This document shows, piece after piece, positions 1 to 11,932 of a stretch of DNA of 50,566 bases. The notes beneath the pieces are model-generated. The model was given only the letters and a program-made list of their open reading frames with translations. It did no database searches and was not told the DNA's origin. Within the stretch, counting starts at the first letter, position 1. Each line of letters begins with the position of its first letter. Source of the stretch: Octopus bimaculoides (lineage: Eukaryota). The stretch is from contig NC_068984.1 in the NCBI RefSeq assembly GCF_001194135.2, positions 45,751,017-45,801,582 on the forward strand, in the 5' to 3' direction. The translations under genes and the position numbers were made by a program.

Positions 1-139
1 ATATATGTATATGTATATGTATATGTATGTATATTGATAGATAAATAGATAGATGCATAAAAGAATAGATAGTGATACACATGTATATCTGTGTATCTAT
101 ATTTTGTCTGTCTGTATGTATATAAACACACACACGCAC

Positions 140-802
140 ACGAGCAAGAGAAGAAAAATTGCAAGGCAAAATATATCAAGATTTTTCAAAACTGGCGAAA
201 AGGTGTTCGTGAGGGTATGTAAAGAACAGAAAACAGTGTTGGGAAGATAGCGTGATTACCAAACGCAGGGAAAAACGCTGTACATGGCAAAAACTAGAAA
301 AGGCGTTTACAAGAGAAACATGAACCAACTGAAAAAAGATTCGTTAAGAGTGAATCCAAGACAATGGAAGAAACAATAGAATAGTTATATGATACTTTTC
401 AACTACCAATGCCACTACAGGTGATTGAACCTTGACGCACAAGCGTAAGAAAAGAATATTACGGAGTTTCTGAAAGTAGATGCCAAACGGAAAAAAAAAC
501 ATTAAATGTGTAACTAAGAAATAAAAAAATCAAGAAGTGGGTGGGGTGATATAAAAAGTCTTGCTATTAAAAGAAATAAAGTGATAATCTCTAAGAAATA
601 AAGAACTTAAATGGGGAGATATTGTGGGGATAATAGTAATAATAGTACACCGCTCCCACCTGACGAGTGGTGTGTGTTAGTCGCTATAAATAAGGTGACA
701 TCGGTTAGTATGAAGGGAGATACGTAGTAGACGGTCATAGATAGTCGTGGTCTTACTTGTTTTACTAACTATACTGCTATTACCAGAGTGGGCGTTATAA
801 CA
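140..802 (+). mobile_element. Degenerate 3' end of a Gypsy-type LTR retrotransposon (integrase C-terminal domain, polypurine tract, probable 3' LTR ~623-802)
   Basis: With two frameshifts, 185-340 reads FKTGEKVFVRVCKEQ/KQCWEDSVITKRR/GKTLYMAKTRKGVYKRNMNQLKK, the F-x-x-G-x-x-V-x-V-R...W...Y...KR-x-x-x-QLK pattern of Gypsy integrase C-termini. It is followed by a PPT-like AAATGGGGAGA (~609-619), TGT at 623, TATAAATA at 685-692 and ...ATAACA ending at 802. Confidence 0.55.
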
Positions 803-818
803 ATGTGACATTAAGGAC

Positions 819-819
<1 letters not shown>

Positions 820-864
<45 letters not shown>

Positions 865-915
865 CACACACACACACACACATATACATACATACATACA
901 TACATATGCACACGC
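820..915. repeat. (CA)n/(CATA)n microsatellite
   Basis: Directly visible. Confidence 0.95.
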
Positions 916-1048
916 ATATTTGCGTCATCCTTTTGGCTCACGTGTTATGCATGCTTGAATATTGGATAGCAAAGAAATCAAAGCTTCTGAACAAGACTGT
1001 GGTTTGTCATAAGTAATGCTCTTTCATTTTGGCCATTTCATAAAGTAT

Positions 1049-1554
1049 NNNNNNNNNNNNNNNNNNNNNNNNNNNNNNNNNNNNNNNNNNNNNNNNNNNN
1101 NNNNNNNNNNNNNNNNNNNNNNNNNNNNNNNNNNNNNNNNNNNNNNNNNNNNNNNNNNNNNNNNNNNNNNNNNNNNNNNNNNNNNNNNNNNNNNNNNNNN
1201 NNNNNNNNNNNNNNNNNNNNNNNNNNNNNNNNNNNNNNNNNNNNNNNNNNNNNNNNNNNNNNNNNNNNNNNNNNNNNNNNNNNNNNNNNNNNNNNNNNNN
1301 NNNNNNNNNNNNNNNNNNNNNNNNNNNNNNNNNNNNNNNNNNNNNNNNNNNNNNNNNNNNNNNNNNNNNNNNNNNNNNNNNNNNNNNNNNNNNNNNNNNN
1401 NNNNNNNNNNNNNNNNNNNNNNNNNNNNNNNNNNNNNNNNNNNNNNNNNNNNNNNNNNNNNNNNNNNNNNNNNNNNNNNNNNNNNNNNNNNNNNNNNNNN
1501 NNNNNNNNNNNNNNNNNNNNNNNNNNNNNNNNNNNNNNNNNNNNNNNNNNNNNN
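1049..1554. other. Assembly gap (N)
   Basis: N run; (TA)n on the right flank. Confidence 1.
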
Positions 1555-2529
1555 TATATATATATATATATATATATATGATGCTCAGTACACGCAAAGC
1601 ATATACGCATTTTCCATCAAATATATAATTATTTCTGTGTAGCCCTAGGCTATCTCTGATAAAGTAAGTTTATGATCATATGTGTTCGAATGTGACTATC
1701 CCATCGTATTTTCACATATTGTAAACCTACAACTACTTTACGTAATGTTGTCTCTCCCTTTGTTTTAAAACAGTAAGGTGTCAGTTAAGAAATATATGGA
1801 GGTCAATCCTAGCATGTGCAGGAACAGGATAGAGGATTCAATACTGGCTCATCACGATATGAAGTTGCTGTTTGCCGAACATAAAGAAAAATTTGCTGAC
1901 ACTCTGGTCAATATAAACGATACCCTCGGATAATAATTTTAAAGGTAACCATGGGACTATGTTATCAACTCTTTGCCTATCCTGTGTATTACATGGAGAT
2001 ATCTCCCTGACCTCTATGTATCATAGATGATACACATTCACAATTGTTTGCTAACCACCAGAAGAGCTTGGGAACTTATGAAAGGATAATTTCATATCAC
2101 TCAGAATATATGAAACAAGGTCTGACGAAAAGTCTGAAAACAAGTATGGCGTTTTAGGTCATACTTATGAAAAAATCTTTGAAATAATCAAAGGGTCAAG
2201 GAATTATGAAAATTACAAAAGATGAAAGTAATGGAAGAGAAATAATTGAATAATTTAAAGTGAACTAAAATCTGTTGTCTGAAAAAATATTTTAATGTAT
2301 CTATCTTATTTTATCTTATTTTTTTTTCTTTTCTTCTGTATACCGTTATTCATTTTATGGTTTAAACTCTTTCTCTTCTTCCAGAAAAAATTAATTTGAA
2401 TAATAGTATATTTTAAAATCATTTTCTTTAAATTATTTAGTCTCTTGGACCATCTTTTATGTAGGCAGCGCGCCATAACAAAACTATTTTCCATAATTAA
2501 TAACTCAGTCTATATGTTCTTTTATCACG

Positions 2530-3200
2530 TTTGAAGCACTTGTTTTTCTTCAAATGTTTTCAATTAGTTTGCTATCACAGTTCGAGCAGCTTGCTTGCAA
2601 CACGTCTCTTTTAAGTCTAAAATTCACTCGAGCGTTCATCGTCCGCCTTTCTTCTTTTCTATATACTTACCTTTTTCCTAACTCCAATATAACTATAAAT
2701 ATTTCTAGTAGTTTTCAAATATTTAATTCAAACTGAAGAGCCGAAAGAAAAACTATTATTCATTTTTTTTACCTAGTTTAAATTTATGTTTTTACGAACC
2801 GTATCTGTTACTAATTTTACGCTGTTATTTTATGCCTATTATTACAACGACTCTTATCGTAGAGTACTTCATATAACACCTAACAAATATGTGGAACTAT
2901 GCAGAAACAGCACGTAGATCGATCTACCAAAAGTATGGTCAGCCTACTCAAAGAAATTTCTTTTGGAAAGTCTTCTACAGAAGCAGGACAATTCACTAAA
3001 AAGATTAAGACACGATTTGATTCTTTGGTCGAGCAACAAAATCAGTATAACAAAGTTCAGTTTTAAAACCGTCCATCTGAAAACAGCCTGCTCCTATATT
3101 CTGAAGACATATTGTAAATGATAAAAAGACATTAAATCTAGATAATCTTTCAATTGTTCCTAGAGTTGTTCTAGAAAAACATTATTTGAACCATAGTTCC
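2530..3200 (-). mobile_element. Possible highly decayed Penelope-like element remnant
   Basis: Scattered minus-strand peptides (DYLDLM, DFPKEI, VPHI, RHKITA..QIRFVKT, YIE...RTMNARV) occur in the order expected for PLE RT C-terminus, linker and GIY-YIG. There are many stops, so support is weak. Confidence 0.25.
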
Positions 3201-4281
3201 ATACGATTTGTTGGTGTACATGTCAACATCTTTGAAAGTAATAACACAACTAAGCAATGAAAATGGTGCAGATTGAGATTTAGTCTGCTGTCAGAGTGTT
3301 CTTTGAATTTCTCAAGAATTTCAGTATATGTCGGCAAGTCGATACTAATTCATTGTTTATACTTTTTTTAAATTTAAGATTGGGCTGGGATGATAGATAA
3401 TGTGGAGTTTCCGTGTAATGCAGAGGTCTCATGGTACTGACCCTCTTTAAGAAGATTAATGCTATGTTACTTATTTAATATTGACCGTGAAGATGTCGCT
3501 GGAAATTCCACGTCACAACTCAATACTCCATACACAAAATATATTTTACAGCTAAAATATAAAACGGTTTACATCATCAACAGCAACGCTAACAACAACA
3601 ACAACAAAAGCATTTTGTAACGACATGACGAACATCAAGAACAGCACTTTTTCTGTCTACATGACAGTTAAATATTACGGTCGAATGGCTGACCGGAGCG
3701 CAATACAATTTAGTTACAGCTGTTTACTTATAAAATGGTCTCAACAAATGTTACCGAAATTTGCTGTCAGTATCCTCATTTTATTCTTTCACTTCCAGTC
3801 ATCCAGGAAAAGAAAGAAACAAAGGGAAAACTACAGAACACAACATAAAACAAAATCGCTAACATAAAACAAAATCGCTAACTAGTTTATAGTTATTATT
3901 ACCGGAGACTAAAAAGTTAATGAACCATAAAACTAATAATTACTTATTAAAGGATTTTAGGACGAGACGGTTCCAACAATTTCTTCAATAAAGATAGCTG
4001 CTAATATTCTATTCTAATGTAATAATTTCTTTCTTCCTGTCTCTCTCTCTCTCAATTTTTCCCCCTTTGTTACCTCTCTCTTCCTCGTTCATTCTTTCTT
4101 TCATCTAATTCTTCCTAAAGAGTGTAACGTCCTCTTTTTACTTGTGTGTGTACGCTATACAAACATTTGCGTGTAGTTGTGCGCGTGCGTTTCAGTGTAC
4201 ATTATGATTATCCTTTTGTTGCGTTGTACAAATAACTGGACTCTGTGTTTGATTATATTCAAGCACACATACAAATATAAG

Positions 4282-4284
<3 letters not shown>

Positions 4285-4362
<78 letters not shown>
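4285..4362. repeat. (CA)n microsatellite
   Basis: Directly visible. Confidence 0.95.
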
Positions 4363-4368
<6 letters not shown>

Positions 4369-4490
4369 ATATACATATGTATATAGTAGTAACAGAAAAG
4401 GAGGAATTTCGATTACACCCACGTGGTTAGTTGTAATATATATAAGAAATTTAAAAAAAGGAAAATACACACACTCTACATAGTTTTAAT

Positions 4491-4525
4491 ATATCGACCG
4501 GTTTCGCTCTCGCTATTCATGATAT
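4491..4525 (-). ncRNA. Decayed minimal type I hammerhead ribozyme motif (PLE type)
   Basis: Minus strand ATATC-ATGAATA-GC-GAGA-GC-GAAA-CCGG-TC-GATAT: 5-bp stem I, 2-bp stem II with GNRA loop, intact GAAA, palindromic ACCGGT stem III and GUC site. The core CUGANGA carries C3A and G8U. Confidence 0.55.
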
Positions 4526-5050
4526 TATGATTTACTTATTTGAATATGTATTTTCTTAAGAAGAAATTTTTGTCCATGTTGTGTGATGATATTTACGAGT
4601 GAATGACTTCACAAGTAAAAACATAAGGGGAGGTAATTGGTTATCGTTATTATTGTTGTGGGCAAGGGATATAACTGTTCAGCTTTCGGTAAGGGGAGGG
4701 GAATATTAAAGTACAGACAAAAAGAAGGTTTCGAAAAACTTGTTTAGTGAGGGGATTTATGCACAGTGATGTAATCGTGAACCGAAATATGTAAAAAGAT
4801 AAAAGTTGGTTATGCGTGCATATTAAGACGTGTTCTGTATTTTCCAATGAAAAAAGTTTCTTTATTTAAACGCTCTTGTGGAGAGATTGTGTCTTTGCAC
4901 TGGTAGCAGGGGGAAAACTGTGAAATTTCGCTAGATGTTATCTGCTCATTTTTCTATATGTTCACTGAAAGGAATTTGCCTGTATTGCGGGAAACGGATT
5001 TGCTCTTTAATGTAGAGTGGTTCTCCTTCTACCAGTCGATATATTAAAAA
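4491..5050 (-). mobile_element. Penelope-like element 3' fragment: GIY-YIG endonuclease C-terminal half plus 3' UTR ending in a hammerhead-like motif
   Basis: Minus strand reads TTLH/KEQIRFPQYRQIPFSEHIEK.../FSPCYQCKDTISPQERLNKETFFIGKYRTRLNMHA*, with the stop at 4810-4812. This fits the R..KE..FI.KY...LN terminus of PLE GIY-YIG domains, and a hammerhead-like motif follows about 285 nt downstream. Confidence 0.7.
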
Positions 5051-5096
5051 TTATATTAAAACTATGTAAAATGTGTGTATTTTCCTTTTTTTAATT

Positions 5097-5146
<50 letters not shown>

Positions 5147-5802
5147 GTATATATTTATCGTTTCGTAAATTTAAAAAAAATCCCTTCAATGTTACACTGT
5201 ATGTGTATTTCAGTTCATTGTTTTCTTCCAATGTGGCAGGAAGCTACGACTAATCAGATAAAGTTCGTAAGAGCTTGTGATACCATGTTTTTATAGATTG
5301 CAACAGATAGAGAGAGGAACGAGGATCAGTCTGGTAGTAGCGTGAGGAGGATTAGGAGGAAACGAGAAAAGAATGAGACGGGGACTTTCCGAAAAGTGTT
5401 TTGTTTGCTTTTGTTTTTGCAAATATAAAATCTTTGATAGATACAAATATATCGAATTTATATCCTCCTTGTAAGTGGGCACCACTCATCCTACACTCTC
5501 GTAACCAACGAAATATATAAAAAGTCATCCCTTTCTGCTGGGCCCATATATTCACACTCACGTACACTTTATCTATAGACTACAGCACACTGGTACAGTC
5601 GCTTAATATCCCTCATTCCCCATGTGCAAACCCATGTTTCACGTAAGCTATATAGTGTATTATTATGTTTCTTTTAATTGTTGTCGCATCTGTCTGCCTG
5701 CCTGCCAGTCTGTTTGTCTTTTTATCTAGCTGCCCGACTGTCTCTCACTATATATATGATTAATGAGAAAGATGGAATATGGAAAATAGGAGAATCTTTA
5801 TT

Positions 5803-5910
5803 GATCACTACAATTGTTTAGACTCATCTAGCGTCGATCCCTCGTGAGTGGGATTCTGAACATCTGGTTTATGTGTATCTCTCGGTGAAGATGTGTCTCT
5901 TCAGGTGACC
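5803..5910 (-). ncRNA. Type I hammerhead ribozyme fold with a single catalytic-core substitution (G12U)
   Basis: Minus strand GGTCAC-CTGAAGA-GACACATCT...AGATGAGTC-TAAA-CAATTG-TA-GTGATC-AATAAA: stem I 6 bp (one G-U), core CUGAAGA intact, stem II 8 of 9 pairs, palindromic ACAATTGT stem III, GUA triplet. GAAA is changed to UAAA. Confidence 0.75.
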
Positions 5911-6683
5911 ATATTTTATGCACAGTACAGCTCAATCAGAACTGAAATAAATTTAAATATTACAAGGCTTCACATGAATATATCTATGTATTTTTCATTT
6001 TCCAGTTTTACATCTATCCTCAAAAGTCTTTACACATTATTTCATGTTTTTGGGCTTTTCCCAAGTGTTCTTTCTTGTATAATTTTACGTGTATCCATGA
6101 CTTATTATTGCCAAGTATTTTAACACTATCTTTACTTCACCTCTCCTGCCATGAATAACTATTTCCCATCCTTCATCAATAGTCGATAGCCTTAGTGATT
6201 TTTCCAAAGATTAAAACTCCCACTTTTCATGATAATTAATTTGGATTTTATTATTATCAAAACAATCCAATATTTTATTTTGTTAACTTGTTCACCTTAT
6301 TTTCTAATCTTATTAATTTTTCTTATTAATTAGCGAAAATAATCATATATTTCTTATCGGTTTTTCGAACCACGATTTCAATATTTTAAAACTCATTAAC
6401 ATCGTATAATTTTGATTTAAAAAAATTAATATCTGTTCCTCTTCACTAACACCACTACGGCTGTAACACACCAATCGCATCCAATTCACCATTTTTAACA
6501 AACATTAGCTGTTCAAAATGTCTCATTAGAAGTTATTTGTGCAGTATGAATACTTACTCCACTTAAAAGTTTTATTGTTTTTTTTTTAACCCTTTCGCTG
6601 TCCTGTCAACAACGTTTTTTTAAAACCATTCACCGTTGTCCCACCCTTACATTACTTTCTGCTCCCTCATATACTACTCTGGT

Positions 6684-7070
6684 GGAGGCGCAATGGCCCA
6701 GTGGTTAGGGCAGCGGACTCGCGGTCATAGGATCGCGGTTTCGATTCCCAGACCGGGCGTTGTGAGTGTTTATTGAGCGAAAACACCTAAAGCTCCACGA
6801 GGCTCCGGCAGGGGATGGTGGCGAACCCTGCTGTACTCTTTCACCACAACTTTCTCTCACTCTTTCTTCCTGTTTCTGTTGTGCCTGTAATTCAAAGGGC
6901 CAGCCTTGTCACACTGTGTCACGCTGAATATCCCCGAGAACTACATTAAGGGTACACGTGTCTGTGGAGTGCTCAGCCACTTGCACGTTAATTTCACGAG
7001 CAGGTTGTTCCGATGATCGGATCAACTGGAACCCTCGTCGTCGTAAGCGACGGAGTGCCAACAACAAAAA
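6684..7070 (+). mobile_element. Full-length tRNA-derived SINE (type C here)
   Basis: A-box TGGCCCAGTGG (~6694), B-box-like GTTTCGATTCCC (6738-6749), unique body and (CAA)/A tail. A related 3' end recurs at ~9830-9870. Confidence 0.85.
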
Positions 7071-7140
7071 TACTACTCTGACTCTTCTTTCGATCCTTCT
7101 TTTCCTATTACTCATCCACCCCATCTTAGCTTCTTCACTG

Positions 7141-7332
7141 CGTGGCAGAATCGTTAGGGCGTCGGACGAAACATCTTACAGCATTTGTTTCGGCACTTTA
7201 CGTTCTGAGAACAAGTCAAACATCTCTTCGTACCTATCATCTATCCAAATGCGATAGAATGGAGTACTGGTTAAGTACTGGAACAGATTTCTTCATCGCT
7301 TCCATCAAATTTATGGCATTGTGCCTATAATA
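7141..7332 (+). mobile_element. Degenerate SINE type A
   Basis: GGCAGAATCGTTAG...GACGAAA...TACGTTCTGAG...TTGTGCC aligns with the copy at 7687-7893. Confidence 0.7.
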
Positions 7333-7502
7333 TTATTATCATTAGATTTTTATTATATTTTTATTAACGTACTTAGATTCTTATTTTTATCTTCGTCATT
7401 TCTTCGATGTAAATCCTTCACTGTATCTTGTTGTTTTGCTTCATATTTCGTCTTTGAACTGGCCTCACCTAACAATATGGGATCATCTGGTCAACGGGAG
7501 AA

Positions 7503-7684
<182 letters not shown>

Positions 7685-7686
7685 AG

Positions 7687-7893
7687 AAGGCAGCGAGTTG
7701 GCAGAATCGTTAGCACGCTGGACGAAATGCTTAGCGGTATTTTGCCCATCGCTACGTTCTGAGATCAAATTCTGCCGAGGTCGACTTTGCCTTTTATCCT
7801 TTCGGAATATCGATAAAATGAGTACCAGTGAAACACCGGGGTCGATTGCATCGACTACCCCAAATTTCGGGCCTTGTGCCTTCAGTAGAAAGG

Positions 7894-7947
<54 letters not shown>
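7687..7947 (+). mobile_element. SINE type A with (TTA)n tail
   Basis: GGCAGCGAGTTGGCAGAATCG head, GTCGACTTTGCCTTT.ATCCTTTCG...GATAAAATGAGTACCAG body, GGCCTTGTGCC...AGAAAGG end at 7893. At least 7 related copies lie in the window. Confidence 0.9.
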
Positions 7948-7949
<2 letters not shown>

Positions 7950-8064
7950 GGGCGACTTGGTCTTTCTTCCTTTCTGGGTGGTTGAAATAGTACCATTTGA
8001 TCATTTGAATTGGTGTAAGCGACGAGCCACGTTCCCCTCCCCAATTCAGTCCTTGGATAAGTAT

Positions 8065-8830
8065 ATTATTATTATTATTGATGATGTTATTGTTATTATT
8101 AGGTTAGTCCATGTTAATTTAGTTAGTAAGTATTTTATTTTGATGTTTGCTCACAAGTCTCCTCAAATCTCGTGAATCTTCTTTAGGATTCTTAGAGAAT
8201 ATAGGATGCTATTTTTTTTGCTGGTCAACGATGCAGATTTCAATTCCAATTTCTCAGTCTTTTGAAAGGTAGCATTTTGGGTGTTGTGCCAAGTCCACCA
8301 ATTACTGCAGGAATTATTGTTGTCTTGGTTTTTCTCACTCTCCTCAGCTCCCTAACTAGATCCTGATAAAACTCTCTTTGGTATCAACTCAGCTATCATA
8401 GGGAAATGAACAATTTATGATCTTACTCTGTTTATTTCGTCCTCTATGATTATATCTGGTTTTCTTGCTTCAATCATATGGTTAGTCTTTATGGGGAAAT
8501 CTCACAAGAGCTTGTGATTCTCATTTTCTATTCTAGCCTCTGGTTCGTGTACATTTTACTATTGTTTTGTGCTTGTATACTGAACTCCCTCAAAAGGTGT
8601 TTGATACTTCGTCTCCTTTTCTGCAAATTCTACATTTGCTGTCTGACTGAGTTTTTGGCGATCATTGCCTTTATCAGATATGATCTACGGGCTTGTTCCT
8701 GGAGTGCTATAATTAATGTTTCTGTCTTTCGTTTCATGTTCCCCTCTGTCAACCAGAGCCAGCAATGTTTACTTCCAGGATTCCCGGTTTATTGCATGAT
8801 TTTTCCATGTCGTTCCATTTCTTTCCATTT
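8065..8830 (-). mobile_element. R4/Dong-clade non-LTR retrotransposon 3' end (zinc knuckle and restriction-like endonuclease), decayed, ending in (TAA)n
   Basis: Minus strand reads WLWLTEGNMKRKTETLIIALQEQA...KCRICRKGDE...IENENHKLL*DFPIKTNHMIEARKPDIII...YQDLVRELRRV...IPAVIVGLGT. The RKPD endonuclease motif is present and an AAT tail follows. Confidence 0.8.
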
Positions 8831-8969
8831 GTTTATTTTATTGTTATTTTTTTTTTCTCTTTGAATTTCCTTGTTTCAGTCACTTTTTGGGCATCTCTGT
8901 CTACCGATAGTATTCTTTTTTTTACTCTGCACAACATGAATTTTCAGACTCAGGATCCCAATAGATATT

Positions 8970-9183
8970 AAGATAGTGATGTAGCAGAATGGTTAGCACC
9001 CAGGATAAAATGCTGAATGGCATTTGGTCCATCTTTGGGATCTGAGCTCAAATTCTGCCAAGGTCGACTTTGCCTTTCATCCTTACGGGGTCGATAAATT
9101 AAATACCAGTAGAGTACTGGGGTTCGATGTAATCGACTACCCCTCCCCTAAATTTCAGGCCTTGTGGTTATTTTAGAAAGGAA

Positions 9184-9236
<53 letters not shown>
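8970..9236 (+). mobile_element. SINE type A with (ATT)n tail
   Basis: GTCGACTTTGCCTTTCATCCTTACGGGGTCGATAAATTAAATACCAG...GGCCTTGTG; aligns to 7687-7893. Confidence 0.85.
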
Positions 9237-9238
<2 letters not shown>

Positions 9239-9624
9239 TTTACTGCCTTCTTTACTGTTATCCTCGTTGGTATTAATAATGCTTATAACATTATTATTTT
9301 CTTCAATAACAGCTTTATTTTTACTTTTTCACTTCTCACTACATTCTAGGCCAATTATCACAATTAGTATGGAGTTAATTTTCATATCTTTTAATTTCAT
9401 CGCTATTCTACGAGACTAGAGTCAACTAAAAATGTATAGACATGAAGCAATCTCCGAACGATGAAGCTGAATTTGTACAACGCCTACATCGTCTCAATCA
9501 CAAATTATCGCCGACGATTGTTTCTTGTTCCAGTCTTGTCTGTCTGGATTGACATGTTTAATCTTCTGCTTTATGTGGGTATGAACGTATGTTTGTGTGC
9601 GTGTGCATAAGTATATACATTTTT

Positions 9625-9870
9625 GGAGGAAGCTGTGGACAGGTCGTTAAGGAATTTGTAATTTTCACACGCCTGGTTCCAACCTACAGTGTAGTATTTT
9701 AGTCAAATTTCTAGGGTCGACTCTAGGCTTGTAAATAAAACTGGGTAGAAAGAAAATTTGGAAGGCAGTCGGATACACTTATTCTTTTTAAAGCCAGGTA
9801 ATACAATGAGTAAGTAGCTCAGTTGATCGAACCGTCAGAGTATTCATCGTCTGAACCGACGGAGCCGCAT
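9625..9870 (+). mobile_element. Degenerate SINE-like copy with type-B-like middle and type-C-like 3' end
   Basis: TTGTAAATAAAACTGGGTAGAAAGAAAATTTGGAAGGCAGTCG resembles the type B segment; GATCGAACCG...CATCGTCTGAACCGACGGAGC resembles the type C 3' end. Confidence 0.45.
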
Positions 9871-10759
9871 TAACTTTACTTTTACTTTACACGTACACGT
9901 ATATAAGCAAATCACTTGTTTTGTCAGGGCTAGAAAAAGGAATGAATACAACAAAAAGAAAAAAAAAACAATCTTTCCTAGAATAATAAAAAAACGATAC
10001 AGCGCAAAATGATATATAATATAATTACAACAGATCTAAAGTGTTATATAATCTTATTTCGTTTGTTGACAGCTCTCATATACAATATTTTTTCCTGCCA
10101 AAAATGTAATAGATGCAACTAAAGAAATTATTCGAGAAATGTTCAGGTTAATCCAAAAAGCCTGCATTCGGCAAAATGTCTCTGCTAATATACTGGTACG
10201 TTTGTCAACCCCAGAAATGCGTAAAAGAAGTGAACTAATGTTGGAAAAGGATATCGAATATGGTGGGTGATAGTAAACTATTTAAAATTACCCCCTTTTA
10301 TTTCTTCTCACATTCTTTATAGGACATATAAAAAAAGTTGATCGCAAAATACATACTAATTTTTATATCACGCACGCACACTTCTGCACACATATATGTA
10401 TGTGTATACATATATGTATGCACACATATATATGTGTATGTGTATGTATGTGTCCTATACATACATAAACACATACGCACCCGTGCACACGCTCACACAC
10501 GTACCCCCCTACACACATATGGCATTTTAGAAATGTACTCTGTCATTTCTCGGCGCTTCAATGTTTGTTTATAAAAATGTTCTCTTTCTCTCACGCCTGT
10601 ACACATACGCCCGCACACTCATACACACACATACACACGCACACATACTGGATATGTGTGCATGTGTATTGTGTATTTAGTTGTGTAAAGGTAGAACTAA
10701 AATTTATAGAACACCCTGGGTTAGGCCATAAGAATTTCATTCATATAGATATCTATATT

Positions 10760-11110
10760 GGCATGGCCGTGTGGTTAAGATGTCCACAGCGTAAACACAT
10801 GATTCCGAAATTGACACCACTTCACGGGAAAGCGTTTTACTGTTTTCAGTCGCAGTTTTTAAATCCCCTCCAGATGGTTATTCGATGCAATCTGCACCCG
10901 ATATATATATATATGTATGTTTGTATGTATGTATATATGTATATATTGCAAACAGGGCAGTGAACCCCTCCGCCTTCCAGCCGCAAGTCAACTAGACTGT
11001 ATGGTTTCGATCTCTTTGTGATAATCCTCGGTGGTGGATACTCGTCTGCTAGATATAGCAGCAATATACACTTATTCTTTAAAAGCAACCCCAGCCTTAT
11101 GATAACGAAA
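10760..11110 (+). mobile_element. Old SINE-like remnant with internal (TA/TG) tract
   Basis: GGCATGGCCGTGTGGTTAAGA head; shares CACTTATTCTTT..AAAGC with the 9625-9870 copy. Confidence 0.4.
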
Positions 11111-11157
11111 TAACCATGCACCGTCATTTTTAACCACATGGATGCATTAATAGATAT

Positions 11158-11158
11158 A

Positions 11159-11230
<72 letters not shown>
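11158..11230. repeat. (TCTA)n microsatellite
   Basis: Directly visible; similar arrays at ~17720-17920, ~26438-26510 and ~27720-27815. Confidence 0.95.
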
Positions 11231-11863
11231 GTCCGTTCGTCCGTCCGTCTGTCTGTCTAACAATCTATCCATTCATCCATCTATCCATCCACCCACCCAC
11301 TAGGTTTGTATAGGGAACATATCAGTTAACAGAATTCAAGGGATACAACTTCCATATACTTAAGTACATATTTATGTTCTGTGCGTCTTCAGCTCAAGCT
11401 TACAAGAACGAACTCCATTTTAGGTATGCATTTTATCTTGTGCAATATATTTATGGAGACAATGTATATTCAAGTATATTATTAGCATTGTTAATACGGA
11501 AAGGTGGAGGCATGGTTGAGTGGTAGATCTCACTTAGGTTGAGTTTGTTTGTATTCTCTGTGAGTTCTATAAAGCCAGTACTAATCGAGCACTGCGGTCT
11601 TCTGATGTTGGCGCATTGCCGAAGTCATAAATTATTATTAACATAAAAAATAATTATTTCTCACAAATATATTATTCTAGGATAGTTATATTAACGGTTT
11701 TGTTGGATTACTGAGTACTTTTCATTTACAATAAACAAATTTCAAAGCTCTTTTCTGCTATTTATTACTGCTTGTTGAATGGAACAGGCCCGACAAAGGG
11801 ATAAAGAGAGAGGGCGAAAGAGAAAGAGATACAAAGAGAGAAAGAAAGAGAAAGTAAAAGGGT

Positions 11864-11867
<4 letters not shown>

Positions 11868-11928
<61 letters not shown>
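11868..11928. repeat. (GA)n microsatellite
   Basis: Directly visible; another at ~41245-41342. Confidence 0.95.

Positions 11929-11932
<4 letters not shown>

Noticed and set aside
5381-5390. Exact NF-kB site GGGACTTTCC
   Set aside because: A single motif within repeat-like sequence, with no cluster or promoter context.
6684-6756. tRNA gene
   Set aside because: tRNA-like SINE head continuing into a SINE body; no complete cloverleaf. The same applies to the other A/B-box hits.
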